This document shows, one piece after another, positions 1 through 9,287 of a stretch of DNA of 64,000 bases. The position numbers and the translations under genes were made by a program. The stretch is taken from NCBI GenBank assembly GCA_021846685.1, contig JAJZWL010000005.1, positions 4,722-68,721 on the forward strand, read 5' to 3'. How positions within the stretch are numbered: position 1 is the stretch's first letter; every line of letters begins with the position of its first letter. The notes under the pieces were generated by a model that did not search any database, was not told the DNA's origin, and saw only the letters and a program-made list of their open reading frames with translations. Source of the stretch: a bacterium. GTDB taxonomy: Bacteria > Patescibacteriota > Dojkabacteria > JAKAPS01 > JAJZLI01.

Positions 1-2367
1 TGCAACTGGATCACCTACTTGAGTTCCTAGTTTTGTTACTGATTGAGGGTCTATTGCTTCCACAAAAGCTCCATTAAATTGTGCATGCCCACCAATTCTT
101 GTTGTTGAAAATAATTTATATGCAGCAGAATCCTTTGGTATAATAACTTGCCCATTTTGTTGGACATTAAATACGAAAGCTTTATTCTGAGTAGCTTTAC
201 TAGCCGTAACCCAAACCTGCATCTTTCCTTGCTCGATAAGTGTTTTTGTCGCAATAACTCTAGTATTTGTCATATTTGATATATTAAAAACAACATCTCC
301 TTTTGAATTATATCCTGTGTTAGATCCCCACTGTAAGCCTAATTCATTTCCAGTATCTTTCCCTGGGGCATTATTATTGTTAAACCAATGATTTCTTTGA
401 ACAGGAGTATTTCCGGCTCTTACTGCATTATGTATAGATGTTCCTCCTGAGTTAACATAAGCAGTTGTTTGTTTGGTATATATCCCTTCTTTTTTTAAAT
501 ATTGTATAGCACTCTTTGTAAGAGTTCCATTTTTGTTTAAAGGAACTTCCCGATATTGTTTCTCATTTACTAAAATTTCGGCAAAATGCCCTTTCGGATT
601 AATACGTATAGATGCATCATGCATATAAGTAGTCTTTTTTATTTTTACTTGATTCCATTTATTTAATAGTCCTTCTAGAAAATCTTGTTTTATAACTCCA
701 TGCCTAATTGCCTCTTCATGATTCTCCATAAATTCTCTTGCTACTCCTTGAGCAATACTACCTACTGCAAGCCCTGTAATTAGATTCCAAGCCATTTGTC
801 TTGCTATTCTTCCTGTTTTTATTCCTTTAAATATTGAATCTTTTTGAGCCATATCTTCCTCAATTGACCTAACTGCTTCTCCAGTTTTATCATTGAGTAA
901 TTTTTCCATATTAAGATCTCCATCTTTATTTCCCAATACTTCATTAATATATTCTGTATTATCAGTAGATATTAATTTAGACTGAACATACTTAACATAC
1001 CAATCGAGATCTGTAAATTCTTCTTGCATACTTTCTGGAGAAGAGAATAAAAATAAATCCATGGATCTATCTGCAGAGATTAATCTTCTTGCTCTATATT
1101 CTCCGATTATATTAACCATCCTATTAAAGGATTCTGGGTCAACCTCTTTATCTTTGAATTTATCAAATAATTCTGATAATTCTGATAAAGTATCTTTTAC
1201 AGGCATTAGCTCATATGCAGTTTTTTGTATTTGCTCTCTTCTTTTTCCTTCTATAGTATTTAATCTTCCAGAAGAAACATCTCTCATATGCATTTGCCTA
1301 TCTCTTTTTATTCTTTGTTTTTCTTTTCCTGTAGCAAGTAGAGAACTGGCCACAGCTGCAGCTCCAAAAGAACCTATTGTTGCGGCTTTTGAAGAAATAA
1401 CACTAAAAGCAACTCTTCCAATAACTGAGAAAGCACTAGCTACAACAGTCTCATTTACTAATTTCCCAGCAATCTTGCGATTTTTTATATTTTCCAATAA
1501 TCTATCTGTCTTACTGTATTCAACTCTTGTGACAGATAAATCTTTTGCTATACCTAAATTAATTACTATTAAATTTCTTATCTCTTCTACTGATTTTCCG
1601 TGTTCTATTAATAATTTTATTTGATCTATGTATTTATCTATATTATCTTCAAATTTTTCAAAATTTGCATGAGTGCCTCCTTTTAAGGAAGATGTTTCAA
1701 ATAATTCTGAAATTAATTGTCTTTTCTTATCTAAATATTCATCAGAAGCGATTTCTCCTGAAGATATCTTAAGAATAAGATCTCTAAGATCATTGGCACT
1801 TTTATTTTCTTTAGCAATGACAGTCTTTTCAATATCCTTTTCAGTTTTTATACTACCTGCTTCAAATCTATCTGCTGTTTTCCCGGCTGTAACTTTAAAC
1901 CTTTCTTCTTCTAACGCTTGTTTTTTATATTTTTGATATACAGTTCCTTCAAAGTATCCATATTTCCATATTTTTTTAAAAACTCCTGAAACTCCTTTAA
2001 GTTCATTTTTATTTGCAGTAAGTTTTTCTCTGGCCATATCATGGGCTCTTCTTTTTGTTTGGTCTGAAATATCTACAACATGTATGTTAATAGGATCTTC
2101 GGTGTTTGTTCCTTTATCTTTGTCTATTGAAACTAATGCAGTATTCGTAACAGGATCGATTGGTTCTATTTGCGTGCTATTTGATTTATCTTCTTTAGGA
2201 TTTGATGCATCTTCTGTATCTAAATTAGGATTAATAGCATCAGCTATAATCTCTTCAGCAGCCCTAATTACTTTAGCAGTTTCTGTTACGAATTCTGCCT
2301 CTCTAACTATTGCATCTATTTCTGCTTCAGAGGGAGATATGTTTAAAGTGTCGGGTACTGTACTCAT
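1..2367 (-). CDS. Large hypothetical protein, more than 789 aa, runs off the left edge of the window; acidic N-terminus, helical body with two Gly/Ala-rich hydrophobic segments, beta-rich C-terminal part
   Basis: Not in the ORF track because no stop codon lies inside the window. ATG at 2367 overlaps the TGA of the upstream gene (ATGA). Translation begins MSTVPDTLNISPSEAEIDAIVREAE and the frame stays open to position 1. Confidence 0.8.
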   Translation of the reverse strand, partial: MSTVPDTLNISPSEAEIDAIVREAEFVTETAKVIRAAEEIIADAINPNLDTEDASNPKEDKSNSTQIEPIDPVTNTALVSIDKDKGTNTEDPINIHVVDISDQTKRRAHDMAREKLTANKNELKGVSGVFKKIWKYGYFEGTVYQKYKKQALEEERFKVTAGKTADRFEAGSIKTEKDIEKTVIAKENKSANDLRDLILKISSGEIASDEYLDKKRQLISELFETSSLKGGTHANFEKFEDNIDKYIDQIKLLIEHGKSVEEIRNLIVINLGIAKDLSVTRVEYSKTDRLLENIKNRKIAGKLVNETVVASAFSVIGRVAFSVISSKAATIGSFGAAAVASSLLATGKEKQRIKRDRQMHMRDVSSGRLNTIEGKRREQIQKTAYELMPVKDTLSELSELFDKFKDKEVDPESFNRMVNIIGEYRARRLISADRSMDLFLFSSPESMQEEFTDLDWYVKYVQSKLISTDNTEYINEVLGNKDGDLNMEKLLNDKTGEAVRSIEEDMAQKDSIFKGIKTGRIARQMAWNLITGLAVGSIAQGVAREFMENHEEAIRHGVIKQDFLEGLLNKWNQVKIKKTTYMHDASIRINPKGHFAEILVNEKQYREVPLNKNGTLTKSAIQYLKKEGIYTKQTTAYVNSGGTSIHNAVRAGNTPVQRNHWFNNNNAPGKDTGNELGLQWGSNTGYNSKGDVVFNISNMTNTRVIATKTLIEQGKMQVWVTASKATQNKAFVFNVQQNGQVIIPKDSAAYKLFSTTRIGGHAQFNGAFVEAIDPQSVTKLGTQVGDPVA

Positions 2368-2672
2368 ATGCTATTACTTAAATAAATAGTTCTAAAATTA
2401 ATCAAGACGTCACTTATTATTTGATCGATGTTTGCAATATTTTGAGATATAAATTTAACAAGCTCTTCATCTGTAGCATTTGTTTCAAATAAATTTTCAA
2501 ATTCATCCAATTTATCCTCAGGAAGTCTTTTTATAACTTCAGAATTAATAGCGTCTTCTATAAGATCATATAATTCATCTTTTATTCTCTTTATATATTC
2601 AGGCTTAGAGGTATCAAAACCTTTCTCTGCTATTAACTGATCTATAAAATTCTCTAAATTTGTTGCATTCAT
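2364..2672 (-). CDS. DUF5663-like small acidic helical protein (CPR-typical)
   Basis: 102 aa; the pattern LYDLIEDAINSEVIKRLPEDKLDEFENL...FISQNIANIDQII resembles the CPR family DUF5663. Translationally coupled to the large downstream ORF. Confidence 0.7.
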   Translation of the reverse strand: MNATNLENFIDQLIAEKGFDTSKPEYIKRIKDELYDLIEDAINSEVIKRLPEDKLDEFENLFETNATDEELVKFISQNIANIDQIISDVLINFRTIYLSNSI

Positions 2673-2708
2673 ATACTCTTAATACCTAATATAATCCTAT
2701 AATGTTTA

Positions 2709-2737
2709 ATTATAAAATACCTTATAGTTTTTGTCAA
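2709..2737 (-). promoter_or_regulatory. Sigma70-type promoter for the DUF5663 operon
   Basis: Minus strand reads TTGACA-17 nt-TATAAT, a perfect consensus. Confidence 0.7.
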
Positions 2738-2816
2738 ATGTACTCTTGGGAAGTAGTTGGTGTCTGTAATAAATTAAATAATCCATATTTCTATGTTTTT
2801 TGATATAATAACATAC

Positions 2817-3899
2817 ATGAAAGGTTTAATAACAGCAGGAGGAAGAGGAACTAGGCTTAGACCTATTACCCATACAAAGAATAAACACCTTATTCCTGTA
2901 GCAGGAAAACCTATTATTGTATATGCAATTGAAACTCTAAAAGAGGCAGGTATTATAGATATAGGGATAACATATAATGCAGACTTAGATACATTACAGT
3001 CTTTTCTTAAGAATGGAGAAGATTTTGGAGTAAATCTTGTGTATATTCATCAAAAAGAACCTATTGGCTTGGCTGATTGTATAAGAGTGTCTAAAGATTT
3101 TTTAAAGGATGATAGCTTTGTCTTTTTTCTAGGAGACAATCTTCTGGCAGGTGGAATATTAAAATATAAAAAAATATTTGAAGAAAAAAAACCTCAAAGT
3201 CTGCTTCTTCTCTCGAAAGTTCAGGATCCACAAAGATTTGGAGTCCCTGAATTTGATAAAGCTGGGAAAATAGTTAAAATAGAAGAAAAACCAGAATCTC
3301 CAAAGTCTGATTTTGCTATAACTGGAATATATTTTTATGACAGTACTATCTTTAAAGCTTTTGAAGGAAAGAACCATATTGTTCCATCTGAAAGGGGAGA
3401 ACTAGAGATATCCGATGTACATCAATATTTAATTGATCACGGATATACTGTTTTAGGAGAGAATATTACAGGTTGGTGGAAAGATACAGGAAAACCAAAT
3501 GATCTTTTATTTGCAAATAGATTGATTTTAGAAAAACATACTGAATATTCTATATCTGAAAGTGCTTTTATAGATGATTTATCTTCAATTTCAGGAAATA
3601 TAAGTGTGGGGGATAATTCTAAAATTATTAACTCTATTATAAGAGGTCCTGTATATATAGGGAACAATACTATTATTGAAAATAGTTATATTGGGCCATT
3701 CACATCAATTGGAAACAATAATAGTCTGGTTCTATCTGAGATAGAACATTCACTTCTATTAGATAATATAAGCATATTTAACATTCAACAAAGGATAGAT
3801 GAAAGTATAATAGGGGATAACGTTATTATCTCAAAAAAAGAATCTAAACCTGCAGTATATAATCTTTATTTAGGGGATCATTCCATAATAAAAATCTAG
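2817..3899 (+). CDS. rfbA: Glucose-1-phosphate thymidylyltransferase, long form with C-terminal hexapeptide repeats
   Basis: AGGRGTRLRPITHT-NKHLIPVAGKP, LGDN, EEKP, SERGELEISD and WWKDTG motifs plus a left-handed beta-helix tail. Start moved from 2793 to MKGLITAGG, which lies 7 nt after TGATATAAT. Confidence 0.93.
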   Translation: MKGLITAGGRGTRLRPITHTKNKHLIPVAGKPIIVYAIETLKEAGIIDIGITYNADLDTLQSFLKNGEDFGVNLVYIHQKEPIGLADCIRVSKDFLKDDSFVFFLGDNLLAGGILKYKKIFEEKKPQSLLLLSKVQDPQRFGVPEFDKAGKIVKIEEKPESPKSDFAITGIYFYDSTIFKAFEGKNHIVPSERGELEISDVHQYLIDHGYTVLGENITGWWKDTGKPNDLLFANRLILEKHTEYSISESAFIDDLSSISGNISVGDNSKIINSIIRGPVYIGNNTIIENSYIGPFTSIGNNNSLVLSEIEHSLLLDNISIFNIQQRIDESIIGDNVIISKKESKPAVYNLYLGDHSIIKI

Positions 3900-3950
3900 T
3901 TATTTTTATAAATATTATTGATGCAATCCCAGAGCTATATTGCAATCGCT

Positions 3951-4005
3951 AAATTAAGTCAAATTCTTCGGGTTGACCCGACAAATTAGATCAAATTCTT
4001 CGGGT
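3951..4005. repeat. Two-copy 23-nt direct repeat with a small palindrome, between convergent genes
   Basis: AAATTA(AG/GA)TCAAATTCTTCGGGT at 3951-3973 and 3983-4005; palindrome TCGGGTTGACCCGA at 3968-3981. Confidence 0.6.
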
Positions 4006-4027
4006 GGGATATTTTGTAAATCAGTTT

Positions 4028-4549
4028 TTAGCTACATGCAGCTATCGAAGTTGCTGTTATTTGAGATTGAGGAGAATTAAAACAATATGAATTCGTTAGT
4101 GCCCATTTATTATTTATATTTTTAAGATCATATTCTGTTGCATTTGTACCATTTGAATTAGTGACTTTTATTATTGAAATAGTAGGCAATTCTGTAATTA
4201 TAGAATATACAGGATTTATAAATGTTCCTTTTATTCTAGTTATTGGATTTAAAACTCCTTTGTTCTTAATATATTTTTCTGCTGTCTTTCTAAAACTAGA
4301 AGATAGAGGACATACTGAATTGGATATACATGTGTTGTAATTAGTTATTATGTATTTCATTACTGTAAGGGGAGACTGATTAGGAAAACTTACATTTTTA
4401 GGTATTTTAATCTGAGCATGTGTTTTAGATGATACAGCATTATTATGCGTCACAGTATTTTTATATTGATTATCTTTATATAAGAATACAAAAAGCAAAA
4501 CTATGATTACTACAAGTAATATTATTATTATATCTTTTTTGTCTTTCAT
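4028..4549 (-). CDS. N-terminally membrane-anchored extracytoplasmic protein with Cys pairs
   Basis: 173 aa, single N-terminal TM helix; last gene of the GH18-S8 operon, 2 nt after the S8 stop. Confidence 0.75.
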   Translation of the reverse strand: MKDKKDIIIILLVVIIVLLFVFLYKDNQYKNTVTHNNAVSSKTHAQIKIPKNVSFPNQSPLTVMKYIITNYNTCISNSVCPLSSSFRKTAEKYIKNKGVLNPITRIKGTFINPVYSIITELPTISIIKVTNSNGTNATEYDLKNINNKWALTNSYCFNSPQSQITATSIAACS

Positions 4550-4551
4550 TA

Positions 4552-6687
4552 TTAATTCCCTGTTATTGATTGGGCTGAAGTTCCAAAAATACTTCCTTGA
4601 TATTGAGCATTTCCAAATGTATAAACTGCTCCATCTTGCTCTAGTATATAATACCCCGAATTATTAGAAGTAAGCAATAGTGATTTTGGCACATTAGAAG
4701 GTACTGAGCTTTTAGGAATGTTATACATAGATCCAGAAAACTGAGCATTCCCAAATGTATATACAGCTCCGTCTGCTGTAAGTAAATAATAACCTTGATT
4801 ATTCGGAGTTATTTGAAAGTCCACAGCTGTTTTTACAGGAGCGTTTGGAATATTATATACTGATCCAAAAAACTGAGCATTACCAAATGTATAAATAGCT
4901 CCATTTTGAGTTACTATGTAATAACCTCCTCCATTTGTTGTTATTGCAAGAGCTACAGGGGTTCTATTTGGAATCGCAGAAGAAGGAATGTTGTATAACG
5001 ATCCTGAAAATTTAGCATCTCCAAATGTATATATACCCCCGTCTGCAGTTAAAATATAATAACCTTTGTTATCAGGAGTAAGTACCATAGCTATGGCAGT
5101 TTTGACTGGGGGATTAGGGATATTATACATAGATCCAAAAAACTGAGCATTCCCAAATGTATATACAGATCCTGAAGAAGTTAAAATGTAATACCCTTGG
5201 TTGTTTGCAGTGTTTACTATATCTGTAACATGTCCATAATTTTGATTTATGGTATTTACTCCTCCGTAATTATTAAAATTACCCTCTGTAAACACTGTTC
5301 CATTTGAAGAGAGAATATTATATGCTTGTGCAGTTTGATTAAATGTAGTTGTTGAAAGGGCTTCAGAAGGAGATATATTTAACATGCTATTTATATTCAA
5401 TAATCCATATCCAAAATCTGTTGCACTTCCTATATTTGTGGAACTTTTCTCTAAAGCTTTATTTATGACATTTAAAGATTGTACTCCATACTTTGAATCA
5501 TATAGAGCTATGGCAGCAGTTACTTGTGGTGCCGAAAAAGATGTCCCTGCTGCATATTGATTAGAGATACTAGTGAAACTAGATACCGTTCCAGACCCAA
5601 ATCCTGTATAACTTTGTTGGTACACTAAAGGATTATTGTAGCCAACTGGAGCTACTAATGTTTGACAATTATTGTCAGAACTACATCCGTAATTTGAATA
5701 TGTAGTAAGGCTGTTTGTTGAATTTGTAGCCCCCACTGCTATAACTCCAGGATATCCTGCAGGATAGTCTAGGGTGGAAGTCCCATTATTACCAGATGAG
5801 GCTACTACTGCAATTCCATCAGAAATAGCTTGTTCAATTAGATTTTGCTCTTGTGAACTTGGAGTAGAACCTCCTATACTGAGATTAATAACATTAGCTC
5901 CATTGTTAATAGCCCATTGTATTCCCAAAAGTTCTGCTCCAAGAGGGATGCCATTAGAATTACCTATTTTAATAGGCATAATGCTTGTGTTAAATGCAAT
6001 TCCTGCAACTCCATATTTTTGAGATCCACTAGAGTCATTATTAGTACTAGAATTTATAACACTTGTAACAAAAGTTCCATGTCCCATACTGTCATAAGGA
6101 GAATATTCATTTACTGTCTGGTTATTATATACAGCCAGAGCATTATATGGATCTACTATATTAAGGTTAGATAATGCAGGAGCTTGAGCGTAAGTAGTTC
6201 CTGTCAAAGAATTTGTATAACTTTGATATTCTACTCCAGAATCTAGTACAGCTACTTTTATATTACTACTTCCTCCTAAAGATGCTGTAAATCCAGAATT
6301 ATCAACAACAGGAGCTTTAATATCAAATAGATTTTTTTGTAAATTTATATCTGTGTTATTAGGTAGAGAAGAGAAGTGCCTTACATAGTCAGGAGATACA
6401 TTCTTAACACTACTATTAGCAAGCAACTTTGTCATAAATATTTTATAAGTTTCTCCTTTAGGTTTTTTTACTATCTTTATATTATTGTTAACACTTACTA
6501 TATTAGAATTACCTAAATTAGAATTAGTTGTATCAACTATGGCAGAATTGGTAGAGTAACTTTTATTATAAGTAAGAGAGTTATATTCGGAATTTATATT
6601 ATTAGTTTTTATGACAGATGCATATATCTTGCCTACAGAGACTATAGATATTAGTAATATTATATTGAATAATAAGAATTTCTTCAT
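4552..6687 (-). CDS. Secreted S8 subtilisin-like serine protease with a C-terminal six-repeat (probable beta-propeller) domain
   Basis: Signal peptide; catalytic triad motifs VAVLDSG, HGTFV and GTSFSAPQV; INLSIGG; six repeats of GYYxLTxDGxxYTFGxAxFxGS. Confidence 0.92.
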   Translation of the reverse strand: MKKFLLFNIILLISIVSVGKIYASVIKTNNINSEYNSLTYNKSYSTNSAIVDTTNSNLGNSNIVSVNNNIKIVKKPKGETYKIFMTKLLANSSVKNVSPDYVRHFSSLPNNTDINLQKNLFDIKAPVVDNSGFTASLGGSSNIKVAVLDSGVEYQSYTNSLTGTTYAQAPALSNLNIVDPYNALAVYNNQTVNEYSPYDSMGHGTFVTSVINSSTNNDSSGSQKYGVAGIAFNTSIMPIKIGNSNGIPLGAELLGIQWAINNGANVINLSIGGSTPSSQEQNLIEQAISDGIAVVASSGNNGTSTLDYPAGYPGVIAVGATNSTNSLTTYSNYGCSSDNNCQTLVAPVGYNNPLVYQQSYTGFGSGTVSSFTSISNQYAAGTSFSAPQVTAAIALYDSKYGVQSLNVINKALEKSSTNIGSATDFGYGLLNINSMLNISPSEALSTTTFNQTAQAYNILSSNGTVFTEGNFNNYGGVNTINQNYGHVTDIVNTANNQGYYILTSSGSVYTFGNAQFFGSMYNIPNPPVKTAIAMVLTPDNKGYYILTADGGIYTFGDAKFSGSLYNIPSSAIPNRTPVALAITTNGGGYYIVTQNGAIYTFGNAQFFGSVYNIPNAPVKTAVDFQITPNNQGYYLLTADGAVYTFGNAQFSGSMYNIPKSSVPSNVPKSLLLTSNNSGYYILEQDGAVYTFGNAQYQGSIFGTSAQSITGN
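4555..5325 (-). repeat. Six intragenic repeats of about 44-46 aa in the S8 protease
   Basis: Visible in both protein and DNA, e.g. recurring AACTGAGCATTNCCAAATGTATA on the + strand. Confidence 0.9.
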
Positions 6688-6700
6688 AATGAAGTCTCGC

Positions 6701-8809
6701 TTAAGGAGCTAATGTTGCTCCTATGGTTTTATTAAATATTCCAATTGCAGTTCCATCATATACTGCATTTCCAAATGTATATATTCCTCCATCTGCTGTA
6801 GTAAGATAATAACCTTGGTTATTTGCTGTGACAGCGAAAGATACGGGTCTTGTATTTGGAGCTCCTTTTATATTATACATAGATCCGAAAAATTGAGCAT
6901 CTCCAAAAGTGTAAACTGCACCATCTTGAGTTGTTATATAATATCCATTTCCACTAGGGGTTAATGTGAAATTAACTGCATTTTTATTAGGAGCTGCAGG
7001 AATATTATATACTGATCCATGGAATTGAGCATTTCCAAATGTATAAACTGCACCATTTGCTGTCATTATGTAGTATCCTCCACCATTAGGAGTTACAGCA
7101 AATGCTAAAGGAGTTCTGTTTGGCATTGCAGAAGAAGGGATGTTATATAGTGATCCATGAAATTGAGCAGATCCAAATGTGTAAACACCTCCATCTGCCG
7201 TAAGTACATAGTACCCATTTCCATGTGGAGTAGTAGCAATTGCTACAGGAGTTCTTACTGGAGCATTCGGTATGTTATATACACTCCCGAAAAATTTAGC
7301 AGTACCAAATGTATATATCCCACTATCTTGAGTTAGTATGTAATAACCTGTATCACTTGGAAGTACTGCAAGCCCTACTGCATTATTATTTGGAGCACCA
7401 TTCATATATGACATATCTCCATAATAATTAGCATTTCCTAATGGTAATATTTTTCCATGAGAAGAAAGAATATAGTATGCACTATTATTTTTTGAAAAAA
7501 GAGAACTGCTAGTAAAATAACTATTTATAGCACTTGTAAGATTAGTTGATGGTTGTTCATATCCTAATGTCCAAATACTTACTCCTCTCAAATTTGAATT
7601 AAGTACTTGTGAATATACTAAACCTAAAGATGTAGCATTAGAATAATATCCCTCTCTTAATTGATCTCCAGATGCACAATTTGGAGGAGTATTATTTGAA
7701 GTGTAACAATATCCATACCATGGAGTTGAGCTCTGAGAATCCCAATGCTTTGTGTTTTGGTTCTTATATTTATCATTTGTTTGTCCATAAGGCTCATTTA
7801 TTCCAGTTCCTGAAACAGTAGGTGCATTTTGATTATCATTTGTAGTTTGATAATCGTTTCCATAGTAAGGAACTCCTAATATAATTTTATTAGGATTAAT
7901 TGCTGCTGCATAATCAAGGATAGTTCTTCTAACGTCATACCATAAAGGTCCTGCTCCATTATTATATCCAGTAAAAGGATTTACTGGCTCTGCTATTGAG
8001 GAAGAAGGAGTATAGTAATCATAAGCCATAACGTTTATAGCATCTGCTGCATTAGCAAGTGCTGGGGCATTATATAAAGATCCAGGCCAACGTACGGCTG
8101 ACGCCATAACATCTACTGATATGAAAGATCCTGGTATTGCTTGGTGCATTTGAGTAGTAAGATTGGATACAAGAGTTGTAAAATTATTAATAGTTGTGGT
8201 ATCTGGGGTTCCTTGAGAAGGTTGGTATTCAAAATCAATATTTACTCCTTGTAGGTTATATTTTTTTGTAATCGAAATTATATTATTAATAAAGTTTTGT
8301 GTATTTGTAGTACTATTTACAACACTTTGAATATCTGTCAAATTAAATATTTTAGCTGTAATAACAACTCTTACATTATTATTGTGAGCAGTATTTACCA
8401 TATTTACAAAAGCTGAGGATTGCAATCCTGTATATCCATTTCCACCTCCTGCATTTGTTCCAAAATTACCATTTCCATCTGATGTAATCCCAAAATAGTC
8501 AATAGTAGTTAAATTTTTATATGGATAATTTAAATATGCATTTGAAGTAAGATCCCAATATGGAGCAAACCCCATTACCTCTTTTTGTAATCCTTGAGGA
8601 CCATAACTTGCAAATGTCTTGTATGGATTAGGTTTAGTTGTTGCTTTTACAAAGGAGTAAGTTTTATTTGAATGTAAAGCGTTTAAATAACTATTTCCTT
8701 CATATGACCAAGATGGCGGTGTACTTGCTGCAAATATTTTTCCTGCTGTTAAAAAAAATATTACAAATAAAACAGGCAGAAGTATCTTAGTATTAATTTT
8801 TATAGTCAT
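6701..8809 (-). CDS. Secreted GH18 glycoside hydrolase (chitinase/peptidoglycan hydrolase-like) with the same six-repeat C-terminal domain
   Basis: Signal peptide; EVMGFAPYW, GVNIDFEY (GH18 DxDxE variant), VMAYDY, ILGVPYYG and GVSIWTLG motifs; six C-terminal repeats. Confidence 0.92.
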   Translation of the reverse strand: MTIKINTKILLPVLFVIFFLTAGKIFAASTPPSWSYEGNSYLNALHSNKTYSFVKATTKPNPYKTFASYGPQGLQKEVMGFAPYWDLTSNAYLNYPYKNLTTIDYFGITSDGNGNFGTNAGGGNGYTGLQSSAFVNMVNTAHNNNVRVVITAKIFNLTDIQSVVNSTTNTQNFINNIISITKKYNLQGVNIDFEYQPSQGTPDTTTINNFTTLVSNLTTQMHQAIPGSFISVDVMASAVRWPGSLYNAPALANAADAINVMAYDYYTPSSSIAEPVNPFTGYNNGAGPLWYDVRRTILDYAAAINPNKIILGVPYYGNDYQTTNDNQNAPTVSGTGINEPYGQTNDKYKNQNTKHWDSQSSTPWYGYCYTSNNTPPNCASGDQLREGYYSNATSLGLVYSQVLNSNLRGVSIWTLGYEQPSTNLTSAINSYFTSSSLFSKNNSAYYILSSHGKILPLGNANYYGDMSYMNGAPNNNAVGLAVLPSDTGYYILTQDSGIYTFGTAKFFGSVYNIPNAPVRTPVAIATTPHGNGYYVLTADGGVYTFGSAQFHGSLYNIPSSAMPNRTPLAFAVTPNGGGYYIMTANGAVYTFGNAQFHGSVYNIPAAPNKNAVNFTLTPSGNGYYITTQDGAVYTFGDAQFFGSMYNIKGAPNTRPVSFAVTANNQGYYLTTADGGIYTFGNAVYDGTAIGIFNKTIGATLAP
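6704..7480 (-). repeat. Six intragenic repeats of about 44-46 aa in the GH18 hydrolase
   Basis: GYYVLTADGGVYTFGSAQFHGSLYNIP-type units, homologous to those in the S8 protease. Confidence 0.9.
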
Positions 8810-9287
8810 AAGAGTATTTAATATATAAATTTCTTACTTACAATCTAACACAATATATATATACACACAATAGGGTAGGAAAGTTTCATATTATTTTTCT
8901 TAAGGGAATTTTTTACAAGCTTTTCAAAGTAATTTTTAATCTCTCTATGGTTTTAGAAATAAGATTCCATAATGTTGTATACTTATCTCATTATATAGAT
9001 TTATTTGTATAACTCGAATATCCAAACTTAAATAAAGATAGATATGTTAATTATAATAATATACTCTTGAATTACTATATTATAATTTCACTATAGACAT
9101 AAAAATAAGAAATTTTTCTTCCTTTTTTTTGTTGTATATATTGCATATGAATTCTTCTACATATAAATAATCGCTTTTTTCTTTTTTATAAAAAATCGAT
9201 CTTGTAAAGAATTGACTTATTCTTTTTCTGTTATTGAATTTATCTCAAAATCGAATGTATATTGAGTGACTATATTTTGCTTTATCT

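Noticed and set aside
51-2389. ORF-track entries 51-254, 1061-1624, 1673-1936 and 2084-2389
   Set aside because: They are antisense or off-frame shadows of the long minus-strand ORF 1-2367.
3951-4005. Mini CRISPR array
   Set aside because: Only two repeat units with a 9-nt gap, and no cas genes. The Cas4-like Cys motifs near 52550-53220 belong to the helicase-nuclease fusion.
4555-7480. Diversity-generating retroelement template/variable repeats
   Set aside because: The repeats are in-frame protein repeats that differ at all base types, and there is no reverse transcriptase in the window.
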